64,000 nt of DNA from Azolla caroliniana (lineage: Eukaryota > Plantae > Polypodiophyta), in assembly GCA_043228905.1 (NCBI GenBank), contig JBHGNT010000016.1, positions 12,400,001-12,464,000 on the forward strand, written 5' to 3'. The notes under the pieces were generated by a model. It was given only the letters and a program-made list of their open reading frames with translations, did not search any database and had not been told where the DNA came from. The position numbers and the translations under genes were made by a program. Below are positions 13,871-27,044 of this stretch, piece after piece. Position 1 is the stretch's first letter, and each line of letters begins with the position of its first letter.

Positions 13871-13910
13871 CATTCGTTGGTCTATGCAGGAATCGTGGTC
13901 GCCAAAACTG

Positions 13911-14349
13911 TGTTGTCACCAGCTGGACAAGCCACTAACACAGGGTGTCCCTTTGGAACACTTCACCAAAGGGGTGGTACGATAAGGAATGTGCAGACGT
14001 GATACAAAACTGATCCTTCCCGGTTACTATCCGGAATGATTAACTTGATACACGTGTATGATAACCACATTAAGCACAGAAAGGGATTAACAAGATAAAC
14101 AATATGTAAAGACATAACACTTCTCTATTAATTATTCGTTGTTCCTTACATCATCTTGGGATCCTTTTATAGGTATCTAGTTGGGTTACAAACCGGTGCC
14201 AACTGGAAACCGGCTACGAACCGGTTCAGATCCGGATTGGCATACTGATTTCGGGTCCGTCCGTCCACTCTTATAATTATCATAATTTAACTAATTACAA
14301 CTCTCAAAAACCGGCTCCCCCTTTCATACTCTGGCCTAACCGGCCAACA
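13911..14349 (-). repeat. 5' LTR of C
   Basis: TGTTG...CAACA ends, 439 bp, PBS adjacent. Confidence 0.92.
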
Positions 14350-15107
14350 CTCTTGTGGTTACTCAACCTAGTTGAGATTGGACTTTCCTCTGATGTGGGT
14401 CTTGGTCGATCATCTGCCTCTACATCTGTGTTGAACTCGGTTTCCACTGTGTCGGATGGGGCTGATTCGATTGTATACCAGGACGTCAACTCGTCGAATG
14501 CGACATCCCGACTCACTCGTACCTTCTTGGTGGAGGAGTTTAAGCACTTATACCCTTTCTGCTCGAGTGAGTACCCTACGAGTATACATTTCTTCGACTT
14601 GGGATCGAGCTTCTGTTGCTTCTCATTGGGAATATGTACATATGTTATTGAACCGAATATCCTGACATGGGATATATCCGGTCTCTTCCCATAGAACTTT
14701 TCGCAGGGGGTAACATCATGCACTCCTGATGTTGTGCAACGATTCATTAGATAGACATCTGTATTCGCCGCTTCAACCCAATATTTGTTTGGCAGATGTT
14801 TCTCATTCATCATTGCCCTTGCCACCTTGAGTATGTGCCGATTCTTGTGTTCGGCTACTCCATAAGCTGAGGTGTGTGTTGGCAGGTAAACTCTTGCCGA
14901 ATTCCTTCTTGTCGAAGGTATGCATTAAAGGTGTCGGAGAAGTACTCTTTGCCTCTGTTCGATCGAAGGCATCCTACATGACGATTGGTTGCCTTTTTTA
15001 ATTCTTTCTTGAATTTTTGGAAGTGTGAGAACACTTCACTCTTCTAGCGCATTGGATAAATGCAGGTATGTCTTGAGAAGTTGTCGATGAATGTTACGTA
15101 GTACCGG
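14350..15107 (-). pseudogene. pol: Copia B integrase core and C-terminus
   Basis: ORF 14304..14825 (KLDPKSKKCILVGYS, VRVSRDV); YYVTFIDNFSRHT near 15100. Confidence 0.9.
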
Positions 15108-15748
15108 TGTCGGGCCTTTCGCTCTGGATCGTTTGCGTGAGTTGGGTGGGAACCGCTGGGGTTTTGGACTAGGAGAAAGAAGAATATGAGATAAGGTTAG
15201 TTATGAATAGATTGAAAGAGGAAGATATGAAACTCGTGAATCCCATGAGTATAGTGTATTAATTGATACTTAGATTGTAAGAGAGAAATAGATGGCAAAA
15301 TCGTGAATCCCACGAATATTTTATATTAATCAATCCTTATAAAAAATCAACAACCCCTATACATCTTTCTCTCTTCCTTATATAGTGATGGAAGAGTCTA
15401 AGTTTATCACATGCAAGCATCATGGTTTTTCTAACTTTAGTTTTCATGCACACTACTTGTGCATGATTAGCTTTCTATCACATTTTTTCTTTTTAACTCG
15501 AGTGTGTATGCATGAATAACTTTGTCTATCATGCTTATCTAGAATATTTACATGGGATAAATTTTAGTATAACTTTAAAACTCATAATATGCTAGTAGAG
15601 TGGTACGGCTTAAAATCGTTAACGTGGAGGTACAGGGTTCAAATGCCGCCCTATGCATGTAACATAGTTATTGCAGTATTTCTCCTATTTCTTTATACTT
15701 AGTCAATCGGGTACTCCACACATATTTTACGTAGTGTACACCACGACA
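15108..15748 (-). repeat. 3' LTR of D
   Basis: Direct repeat of 33918-34569. Confidence 0.93.
15593..15652 (+). promoter_or_regulatory. tRNA-derived Pol III type-2 promoter-like cassette (A-box/B-box) in the D 3' LTR
   Basis: TAGTAGAGTGGTA, tcGTTaa loop, AGGTA, GGGTTCAAAT; T8-to-G53 distance 44 nt as in tRNA; stems decayed. Confidence 0.65.
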
Positions 15749-15804
15749 CTCACCCACTCCGAACCTGCACATCCTCCGGTATGTGCCAAAGTTTCCGATG
15801 CTTG

Positions 15805-17028
15805 TTATTCGCCTTCATCCGTAGCACTCTCTGATTCTCCCCTTATGTCGATTATTAATTGTAGTTCACTTTCTTCACTTTCTGCATCACCGTGATCTTT
15901 GTTCGATTTCTCCTCTTTGTCGGTCTTGTCTAAGCTTACATAAGGTTCGTCGTCAGTCCACTTCTTGAAAATCTTCACCCGTTTCCCCACTATAGGCATC
16001 CGTAGTACTGTTCCATCCAACTCGCATAGTCGGTAAGTTCCATTGTCGAAAACTTTTCGAACCTCGTATGGCCCGAACCAGCTTTTAGTGAACTTCCACA
16101 TCGTTGTATGTTGATGATCCAAATTACTGTCATAGAATATCACCCAATCTCCTTCTTCAATCTTCTGTGGTCGTAGTCGATGCTTGGTGTCGAATTGACT
16201 TTTGATCCGGAATCGCGCTTCCTGTTGTCGGCGTGTTGCTGCCGCTATGTCTTCCGGTCTTCCCTCTAGTTGTCGTATTCGGACCGCTAGTAGTTCTTCC
16301 CGGCTCATTTCTTCCTTCCACGGTAGCACTGTCCATGTTGCAATTGCGGTTTCCGTCGGCATTACTGGTGCTTGTCCGGTCATAAGTTTGGCTGACATAT
16401 AACCGTTCACGAAACTATGCGTCGTGCAATCCGCCCATAGTGCATACAGAAGCATCTGCAGCCAATCCTTCACCCTTTCGTCGCATGCTTTTGCAAGTGC
16501 TTTGACGATTGGACTATGTCCTCGTTCGATCTTCCCGTTGGCTTCCGGATTGTATGCTGTGGTTAGTGTTAACTGTACTCCATGCCTGACGAAGAATTCC
16601 CTAGCTTTATCAGAGTCAAGTTCTCCCTGATCCGCAATCATTTGTCCTACGCTCCTGTACCTGCAGAACACTTCTTCCAAAAGAAATTGGCATACTGCGG
16701 AACATGTTTTCCTCTGTAGTGCTCGTCCTTCTACTTGGTTTGTCAGATCTTCCCCGGCTAACACCAAGTACTTCTTTTGTCCAATCCCGGTTGGCATGGC
16801 CACAATGTCGACCATCCATTTGAAGTTGATTGTTGGTGAGAATGTCAGATGTAATTCATCTCGGTGTTGAACTCCGGAGTAGATTTGACATTTCTCGCAG
16901 CTTTCCGTGAACTCCGCTACATCTTTGTACATATTCTTCCACCAATACTTTGTTTGATCTTCGCAAATGTTGCCCATGTTCCCCGATGTCCAGCCCGATC
17001 GGATTCGTGAAATTCTGACATTATCCGG
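15805..17028 (-). pseudogene. int: Element D integrase
   Basis: ORF 15805..16977: CEKCQ zinc finger, WMVDIV, IADQGE, NGKIERGH, WFGPYEV; the H-H half is split by the solo LTR. Confidence 0.92.
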
Positions 17029-17850
17029 TGTCGTGCCTTTCGGCTCCGGATCGTTGCGTGAGTCGGGTGGGAACCACAGAGGTCTTGGACTAGGAGAAAG
17101 AAATTCGTGAGATAGAGATTAATTATGAGTAAATAGCAAAGAGAAAGATAAGAAACTCGTGAATCACACGAGTATACTATATTAATTGGTACTTAGGGTG
17201 TTAAGAGAGAAGTAGATGTATAAATCGTGAATCCCACGAATAATTTTTGTATTGATTAATACTTAATCCAAATAATCAACAACCCTTTATATATTTCTCT
17301 CCTCCTTATATAAGGAAGGAAGAGCTAAGCATGGCTTCATGCTTTTTTTTTACAAAAAGTGTTCATGTCCACTAAATGTGCATGTGATGCTTTTTTATTT
17401 CCTAAGTATAGGGCTCATGCACGCTAGATGTGCATGAGTTATTTTTAGTGTCTCGTGTTTTTTTTTTTTTTTCTTTTTCATATATTAAAAAAAAAATACA
17501 CGATTTACCTTTTAATAAAGGTATGCATAAATAAAGGTCTTATACGTATTAAATCTATATTTAAAACACTTAAGATAAGTTAATGTAATGGTAAGGTTGG
17601 GGTTTGTCAACGTGGAGGTGTAGAGTTCGAATCACGCCCTGCGTAGTAGTGAGTATTTCCTTTCTTTTTTTTACATTTATGTCTCTTTATCCGGCTCTTC
17701 CTTGCCGGTATGCCGTTTTCTTCCTTGCCGGTATGCCGTTTTCCTCCTTGCCGGTATGCCGTTTTCTTCCGATTCTCACCGAGCACTCCATTCTCTATTC
17801 GGAGGGACAAAAATATAATTTCCACATAGTGTGCAACCTACACTACGACA
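17029..17850 (-). mobile_element. Solo LTR of a D-related subfamily
   Basis: TGTCG...CGACA, 822 bp, homologous to the D LTRs; perfect 4-bp TSD CCGG (17025-17028, 17851-17854); three 23-bp repeats at 17698-17766. Confidence 0.93.
17581..17640 (+). promoter_or_regulatory. tRNA-derived A/B-box cassette in the solo LTR
   Basis: TAATGTAATGGTA, ttGTCaa, AGGTG, AGTTCGAATC; 44-nt T8-G53 spacing. Confidence 0.6.
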
Positions 17851-20800
17851 CCGGTTTCGTTGCTCTTTTGTTCCAATTACCCGTAGTGGTATGCCATCCG
17901 GTCTTTTCGGCTCCCTCCAGATTAATCCGTTGTTCAAAACAAACTTCTGGACTTGCCACTTCTTACTTCGGATCTCGGCTCTCTTTTCTTTATTGTCCGA
18001 TGATTCCTCGATTTCTTGTAGCACTTTCCCGATCAACAAGCTTTCTCCCTCGTATTCTTCTTCCCGGAATTCTCAGATTACGTTCACCTGGCATATGTGC
18101 TCTGAAGTAAAGTAGTTTTCGGAAACTTCTTCATTATCGGATTCGGATATGTCGTCTCCGAACCGAGCCCTTGATAGCATATCCGGTACCGTGTTGTCTT
18201 TTCCGGAGATGTGTCATATCTCTAGATTAAGTGAATTTACATATGCAATCCATCTTAGCATAGCCACATCCGATATTGTGCAACACCGCATCATCCCGAG
18301 TATCGGAAGACAATCCGTTTCGATCACTACTTCAGCTCTGATCAAGTAATCTCGACCTGATTTTATCGCCAACACGACCCCCCATAATTCTCTTTTAACT
18401 TGCGCATATCTACGTTGCCTTTCGTTAAGAACCTTTGCTGCGAATTAGATTGCATATCGTGAACCATCCGAATTGGCTTGATTGATGACCCATCCTATTA
18501 TTGCAGGACTTGTATCAACCGTTACAATAATCGGTCAGTCATAGTTCGGCTTCTTAAGTGCTTCTGCCCTCCGCAACGATTTCTTGAACTTCTTCACGAC
18601 TTTGGTATGTTGCGGTTTCCGTTCAAACTTCTTTCCCTTCCGCAACAAGTGATAGAGTGGGTCTGCAATGTGTGCATAGTGTGGAATCCATATGTGATAA
18701 AATGCACATGCCCAAAGAAACTTACAAGCTTATGATTGTGACTCACATATTTCTTTCATAGCTTGAATCGCATCAATCTTGGTTGGTGACGGTCTTCGGC
18801 CATAGGGCCCACATAGATGTTCGACTACCAATATCTCTTCTTGCCCGAATGCCGATTTCTGTTCGGAGAGTGTTAGGTGCCAATCTTCTAACTTCAGTAA
18901 CACTTTCTCGCAATTGCGAATATGGTCGACTACGAACTTTTGGCATCCCTGATCATCCATAGTCTCATCTTTTTTTTCCACCGCACATCCTTTTATCAGA
19001 ATATCATCTACGAATGGCATTGTTATCTCCGGAATGCAGTCCTGGAGCACCTTGTTCATTGCATTCATCATATGTGTGACCGAGTTTGTCGCGCCTTGTA
19101 GTAGCGTGCACATCCAGACTAATCCTATCGGTGTCCGCATGGTAGTGATGTCTTGGCTCTCTACGGCTAGTTGGAATTGGTCATACTCGGAGTATAGGTC
19201 TCCGATGGAGTATATCGCGCGACCGGCAATCGCTTCCTCAAATTCGTCCACTATCGGACCGACTCCAGAGTTCCGGATCGTGACCTTGTTCACTGGTTGC
19301 AAATCTTGAATAAACCGGAGTGACCCATTCTTCTTTGGAACCTAAACCATCGATTTGAGTACAAAGTGTTTGATGGCTCTAGAATCCCCATCGCCACCTT
19401 CTCCTTGAGCAAGTCAATGATTTTCGGAATATGTGCCTATGGCACCGGAATCGGCTTCAGGTTCCACGGGACATGATCAATCGTGAAGGTCACCATTGGC
19501 TCCACTATCTTCGGATCAACGCACCCTATCTCTCTCGATGTGAATGCAAATGCTCTTCCATGCTGCTCCAACATCTCACGAAATCATTCTTCTTCATTTT
19601 GTGAGAGGAAACCACCTCCACCAATCCGAAGTTTCTTTCGGGTCTCATCTGTGAAGGCATGTCCGATATCCACAGACTTCCGAAGTGTCGGATCTTCCGA
19701 GACTTCTTTCCTCTTTTGTTCGCTATCGGCGGGTAGTGGTCCTGCGACCGGTTTCACCTTCTTTTCCACAGTCTTATATTTCATACATACCATTGATTCT
19801 TCTTTATGGAGTGCATCCGGCCCCATTTTCGCAATGATCTTGTACATCTCGACCAATTCCATCGAAACTACCCGGTCTCCTTGGCTATTCTCTTCTGCAA
19901 GCTCTTCAAGCCATTGTAGCGTGCTCCCATAGAACACTTCTTCTATTACTCCCACAATTTCTTCATCTTCATTTATTATTTATGTAGACCGTAACTTATC
20001 TTGCACCTTTCGGAATTCTTCCTTGATTACTTCAGTTACGATCGTGTACGTAGATGCCCCATCCGTACCGATTCGTACTTGTTTTGCTCTAAAGGTTTTC
20101 TTCTTGTGTGGGGTATCAGGGCTTCTCGGACTATTACTTCCCCACTCCGCAATAGTGCACTTTAAAAATCCATTTTTGTTTGGGACAAGCACTCTCTCTT
20201 GTTTCTTTTGTAATTTGATGGCACGGTTAGGAATTGGATGGTTTTCCCCCCACTTTGGCTCCGAATTCGTGCAAAAGCTGCTCCGTTATCAAGAACCTTT
20301 GTCTCCATCCATGAAGCCATGAGAAAGGGTTGCCTGAGGATCACGGAGTGTGAGACCTCATCTTGCACGAAGAAATTTTGGTCAATCTCCACATCTCTGA
20401 TCTTCACCGTCACATCCAGACAAGCCGCAAATAAATCTTCCGTTGCTTTAGTGGCTGCCCGGATCCTCCATCCATGATTAGTGTTAATAGGCCCCTTCCC
20501 CTTCCGGTAGAACTCCTTGGATAACAAATTGATCTCCGATCTGTGATCAACCAATGCTAGTACGAGCTCTTTGATGTTTCCGATTCGGACCAGAGTCTCT
20601 GTAGTTGTGCATGCCCAGTGTGGCCTTGTGTAGTGGGAGTTTGGAATTTCATCCTCCACTTCGGTATCATTGATTAGAACGGTATTTTCATTTACCCTCG
20701 AGGCGAAGAGAAAAATCTACCCGGCTATCGAGGATTCTCTCCTCGAACACCTTTTTTAAGTCCGTCTATTGCTCAATGTCCGAAGCGAGTTTGAATGCCG

Positions 20801-21581
20801 AAATTGATTTTCCTTTCCCCTTCCCTTCGGAGTTCCAGCTCTCCGGCGTCTTTGATGGTCCGGTCGCATCATCCGTGCGCTGTCGTTTCTCATCTACATA
20901 CACCTCATGTAATTGGCATAGGGTGTACACGCTATTCTTATCGACGAGGCACTCCCATCCCGTAGCTTCTCGGATGCCTTCCGTGGTGCTTCAGATCTCA
21001 TTAGAGTCAGGTTTCTCAGGGTTTTCTAGCACTTCCGGCCAAAAAGACGCCTTTGCTCCAAAGGACTCACCCACACATATCCCTGCGGTTGTCGCATAAT
21101 TGATTTTCGCCGCCATTTCCTCTTCTAGAACCTTCTTCATGCCGCCTTTTCGGAAGTTTGGTCGGAGTGGCTTCCATGAGTCCATCGAATGAATCCGATT
21201 TCCCTCATAGTAGATAAGATCCCATCGTAGCACTTGTCTCATCGCAATCCCTCCAATCATGGTCGGTGCTATCGCACCATATGCATCAACAGTCCATATA
21301 CGTGGAACTTGTGGGACGGCCATCCGAACTCTTCACCATCACGATTTTCAGATTCCCCATCTCCTTCAACAATTGCTCCACCGTGGTTGCATCGATTCCC
21401 TTCTCGGTCGTAGTCTCCCGAGCCCACGGTTAATGGTCTTCCAATCCGGATCTTGGTTTCGGAATTGGTTTCGAAACCCTCTTTTCTTCACTACCAAGCC
21501 ATTGCCCCCTCTTTGTGTATCGCGCGACGATGTCCCGCACGTTTTCCCATGTATTGGTGAGGCCACTCTTAGTAGTGGTGT
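17851..21581 (-). pseudogene. gag-pol: Element D gag C-terminus, protease, RT and RNase H
   Basis: CIWCDSTDHDWRDC knuckle near 21280; ALVDHRSEINLL (20162..20659); RT QGATNSV...PFVDD (18730..19302). Confidence 0.9.
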
Positions 21582-21907
21582 TGTTGAGCGGCAAGCTCAA
21601 CCGGATCTGGATTGGCTAAATAAGCCTGAGCCGGATCGGCATCCGGAAGGATGAGACGGATCGGTGAGCCGGTAAGCAAATGAGCCAGTGAGCCGGTTAG
21701 CCGGATCCATCAGTAACCGGAAGCCTAGTAGCAGCTTGGACTACTAGGTAGTTAATGTCTTGTAGTTAGTGTCAGATGCTCGTGTGAGCATTGAAGTAAA
21801 CTGTACTTCTGTCAGTTCGTATGGACTTGTATAAAAGTGTTCACTGAACACATACGATGTATAGAGTATTACAGATTGAGTATTATTTTTGAATTGAGTT
21901 TCTGTGT

Positions 21908-21952
<45 letters not shown>

Positions 21953-22124
21953 ACCGTGTACTGTGTATATTCTAAGCTCTCCATTAAACCAGGGTTTTTG
22001 TGTTCGGTTTTCTATTTCTTCCGCACACTATTCTTTTACATCGTATCAGAGCGCGAGGGTTGAGAACCTCTGCAGCCGAAAAAGCTTGAAAAGAAAACCA
22101 ACCAAGAAGAACAGGTAAAAACCG

Positions 22125-25100
22125 ATGGATAAAGGCATGGCTAGCTCGCATCCGACAGAGAAGATCGATAGAAACAACTACGCATCTTGGTCCTACAAGA
22201 TGCACCAATACCTGCTCGGGCACGGTTACTGGAGCTATGTCGATGGAGCAAAGGACACAGCACCGGAATCGACACACAGAGATTTCCCGATGTGGGAATA
22301 GTCGGCGAGCAGAGTACTGTACTACTTCGCGTCTTGTGTGGGCGAACAGCTCCTAAGCTACATCCGGGATGCAAAAATGTCGAAAGATGCTTGGGGAAAT
22401 CTGAAGAAGATTTTCGTTGCTAGCACTACAGACAGGAAGCTTCAACTCTGACAGGAGCTGAGCAACCTACGACAATGCGACTTGTTGGTGGCAGACTACA
22501 CCTCCAAAATCAAGGACATTTGCGACTCTTTGGCCTCCATCGATGTGAATATCGAAGAAGCCGATATGGAGCAAATCTGTCTCGAAGGTTTGGCGTCAAA
22601 GTTCGGAGCGTCCGAACTGCTGTGTGTACAAGGGAGAATACGCCATCATTTTTCGACTTACAGTCGATACTCCTTGTAGAGGAGAACCACGCCGGTGCGT
22701 CAACAAGTGCACCCACCGACAACCGGATGTTGTACACAGAGGTGGATCGTCCCCGTGGGCTTGGTGGACGAGGTGGGTTGGCTCGCAATGGTAGCGGTCG
22801 GCAAGAGTAGGATAGAAGGCATAGAGAATGTGCCGACAGCAGTTCCGAACCCTCCACAAGTAGGGGGAATCAAGGTGGCGCCAGAGGCCGGCAAGCAAAG
22901 GCCGACACGGAATGCTGGTATTGTGGTAAAAAGGGCCACAGAGAAAGAGAGTGCTGGAAGAAGCGTGCCGATTCGGACAAATCCGAATCTGGCAAGGCCG
23001 GCAGAGAGAACCGGCAATACTCGCACTATGCAGAAGGATCGGGAGGATCCAAAACCGGAAAAGCCGGTAAAGGGCTAGCCTTGGTGATGAAACACGAGGC
23101 TAACTCGATGAAGAAAACCACTTCCAAATTGAAGGAAGTGTGGTACGTTGATTCTGGTGCGTCGAATCACATGACGAGCCACAAAAAGTAGTTCTCCTTT
23201 TTGGAGAAACTGGAACAACTGGGAGTTGTCGAAACCGGAGACGACACTCCTCACCCAATCGTGCATATCAGAGAAGAGTCCCTTTGAGCCACGTCGGACA
23301 GAGGGGGAAGCTGATGAATGTATTACATGTTTCGACTATCACAAAGAACTTGGTATCAGTTGATCAGATCGTTGACCAGGGGATGCAGGTGCGGTTTACG
23401 CACCTTGGGTGCTTCATCGAGGAAGAGGGCCAGATTATTGCGCAAGGGCGTAGAGAAGGGAGGATGTTCATCCTCGACACCAATGACGTCGGCACCGCTT
23501 TGTTCGCCAAAGGAAAGAAGATTGAATTGGATATTGATCTTTGGCACAAGAGGATCGGCCACGTCAATTACCGGAGGCTTCAAGACCTACAAATGAAACA
23601 AGTTGTTTTCGGTTTGCCGAAGTTTAGTGGCCGGAAGGCCCAAATATGTGAAGCCTGCCAACTCGGGAAGCAACACCGGCTTTCATTCCCCACCGAACGA
23701 AACCGTAGCTGTAACAAGATCGACCTTATTAATTCGGATGTATGGGAACCGGCACAAAACGTTAGTCTTGGTAGGAGTTGGTATTTTGACTCCTTCATCA
23801 ACAACTACAGCCAGTACACATGGATCTACTTCATTGAGCGGAAGAGCGAAGTCTTCGAGTGTTTCCGAAACTTACAAAGCCTGGTTCAACAGGAAACGGA
23901 GAGGAAGATCAAGTTCCTGTGGTCGGATGGTGGAAAAGAATATTTTTCCTGCCAATTCAATAGTTATCTGCAGCAAAAAGGAATTCAGAGAGAGTTGAGT
24001 TGCAGATACACATCGGAGCAAAACGGTGTGGCTGAAAGGAAGAACCGGTCGATTGTCGAAGCAACAAGGGTAATGCTAGAGGAGAAGAGCATGCCCCATT
24101 TCTACTGGGCTGAGACGGTCCAGACGACTGTCTATATCCAAAACCGGATCGGTGACAAGGTGTCCTTGCATGAGTTGTATTTCGGACGCAAGCTGAATTT
24201 GGTAGCATTGCATATGTGCATGTGCCGGATGAGAAGTGGAGGAAGTTGTATGCAAAGTCGGAGAAATGCATCCTGGTCGGTTACTCGAATGAGCAAAAGG
24301 GGAATAAATGTTATAACCCCCGGACGAAGCAGGTCCGAGTTAGCCGGGATGTTGAGTTTGATGAGACGACATCATGGTATGCCTTACCAGCTCCGACTTC
24401 TGACCCCAACCCGATATCGGAGGATGAGGCTAGTGAGCCTGAACCGGTCCAGATAGAAGACGAAGACCTCGGCACTCTACAAGAGAGTCTGATCTCATTT
24501 TGGTTAAGTGGACCGAATGAGCGGCTGAGTAGGGATGACCAGTTGGATGTGGAACCAACGAGTAATGGAGACTCTACCATGCTCTCCCCGCACAAGGAAC
24601 TGAGGAGACGGTTCACGCGCAAAGAGAAGGGGAAGAAGAAGATGCCGGAATACGAAACCGACAATGTTGAGTCAGATCGGAGTGAATCCGACTCCGGAAA
24701 GGATGAAGGTGGATCTTCGAGAATGAAGTCTGACTTGGCCAAGAAGGGCCTCAAACCGGGTAATACCAAGTTATGCCGGTCTTCCCGCCTGAAGAACCCC
24801 GTTACATGGTACGGGTACAATGAGCACATGGCACATCACTACGCATACATGACCAAGGTGGCGGAAGTGCATGAGCTGGAGAGCTACGCAGAAGCGGCAA
24901 GGGACGCAAATTGGCGTGCCACTATGGAGGAAGAAATGTGGGCATTTGATGCCAACGACACATGGGACCTAGTTGACCCTCCCCGACACTGTAAACCGAT
25001 TGGATGTAAGTGGGTGTACAAGGTAAAGTACAACGCCGATGGTTCGGTTAATCAGTAGAAGGCCTGGTTAGTGGCAAAGGGATACGTGCAGACCCACGGA

Positions 25101-26409
25101 ATCGACCACGACGAGACCTTCGCTCTGGTAGCGAAGATGACGACGGTTCATGTGGTGTTGGTGGTTGCTGTGGCACAAGGGTGGCATTTTCACCAGATAG
25201 ACGTGAAGAATGCATTTCTTTAAGGCGATCTTGAAGAAGAGTTCCTTATGACCCAACCCCCCGATTTCCAGTCAGCAATGAACAAGTCGGCGGTATGCCG
25301 GTTGAAGAAGTCACTTTATGGCCTGAAGCAAACCCCCCTAGCCTGGAATGCGAAGATCACGCACCGGTTGCGTAAGATGGGGTTTGTGGCCTCCAAGTCT
25401 GACTCCTTGTTGTTCATCCGGCAAGGTCGGGACGGTCTGGTTTGCATCTTCTTATATGTTGATGATCGAGTCATCACCGGATCCGAACTCGATGAAATCA
25501 GCTGAGTCAAGTCCCAACTGTCGGACGCATTTGAGATGAAGGACTTGGGGGACCTTCACTATTTCCTTGGGATCGGGGTGATCCGAACCCCCGACGGCAT
25601 ATTGCTCTCACAAAGACACTATGTGTTGAATATGCTGTACAAGTTCGGCATGATGGAATGCCACCCGATCTCTACACCCTTGGACCGGAACCAGAAGCTT
25701 CGTCCTGACTCTAGACCGACCTGCTATGAGAAGTGGTTCCGACAAATCGTCAGAAGCCTTATATATTTGACAATCACCCGACCCGACATTAGTTATCCGG
25801 TCGGTGTGATCAGCCAATATATGCAGAAGCCGACCGTGGAGCACCTTCTGTGTGTGCATCGAATTTTGCGATATGTGAGTGGCACAAAGGAACGAGGACT
25901 GTTATACCGGCATGGTATAACCGAAGAGCTAGTCAGCTACACCGATGCTGACTAGGCTGGCGATGCATCGGATCGCCGATCCACCTCCGGCTATCTGTTT
26001 TCCCTTGGTAGTGTGGCTGTTGCGTGGAGCAGCAAAAAGGAGCCAACATTGGCCCTTTCGAGGACTGAGGCTGAATATCAGGGAGCTACCGTTGCCACCT
26101 GTGAAGCCATTTGGTTTCGACGACTGTTGGAAGACCTACGGATCGAGGTGCCAACCCCGATCCTGATCTACTGTGACAACATAAGCAGCATGCAGCTCAC
26201 CAAGAACCCCATATTCCATGCTCGCACAACGCACATAGAAGTGCACTACCACTTCGTGCGTGAGCGTCTCCTGAGCGGTGAAGTCTAACTTCGGTATGTT
26301 CATACGGATCGGAAAGTTGCCGACATCTTCACCAAACCGCTCGGATTGGACAAGTTGCATCACTTCATCGAAATGCTTGGTGTTCAACATCTCAATGTGC
26401 CACAATTGA
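22125..26409 (+). pseudogene. gag-pol: Element G gag-pol (GAG-PR-INT-RT-RH)
   Basis: NNYASWSYKMHQYL, CWYCGKKGHREREC, WYVDSGASNHM, NGVAERKNR, LYVDD, TEAEYQG; multiple stops and frameshifts. Confidence 0.93.
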
Positions 26410-26694
26410 GGGGTGTTAGGATTTCGGTCCCTCCGGATAGGATGACAAAGGCCCGGTGAGAACTGGATGATGAACGCCCGGTGAGAACCGAATGTTGCAA
26501 GCCCGGTGAGAACCTCTCACCGGATGAAGGGACATATATGTAAATATGTTCCAAAGAGCCCACATGGGCTATATTTGGAAATAGCTCGAAAGTCATATTA
26601 GTATAAATATGACCTAGGGCAAACACGGTAAGCAAGTCGTAGTTGTCATTATTTGTTGTATAGAGTTATTGGTGTAACTGATGTACAGAGCGTA

Positions 26695-26735
<41 letters not shown>

Positions 26736-27044
26736 CAGAGTGATTCTCTGTTGTAACCACTACTAGGCGAAGATTGTGAACACGAGGTCATTGCCTCTGT
26801 GCTCCCCTGTTGTATTTTCCTGACATAGTGATAGTTTGGAGTCTGTGGGCTCCCATGGTTTTTCCCATTTAGGGTTTTCCACATTAACATACTGTGTACA
26901 CTCTATCTTGCTCTATTGTTTGTGTGTATACGTGCATTTCTTCCTATTCCCATCTTTCTGTGGTTGATCCTAAGACTCGGTTGTGGCCGATAAATATTCC
27001 GCATATTCCTGTCAAATTGGTATTAGAGCGAAACAACACAGAAA

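Larger units (their letters stand above)
7584..14349 (-). mobile_element. Ty3/Gypsy non-chromoviral element C (Phygy/Athila-Tat-like) with an extra 3' ORF
   Basis: Perfect 5-bp TSD CTCTT (7579-7583, 14350-14354); 5' LTR 13911-14349; truncated 3' LTR 7584-~7920; PBS TGGCGACCAC at 13895-13904 (tRNA-Arg-like); domain order PR-RT-RH-INT. Confidence 0.92.

Noticed and set aside
15586-15660. Functional tRNA gene in the LTR (also 40590-40660)
   Set aside because: Acceptor, anticodon and T stems do not pair; reported only as a promoter-like cassette.
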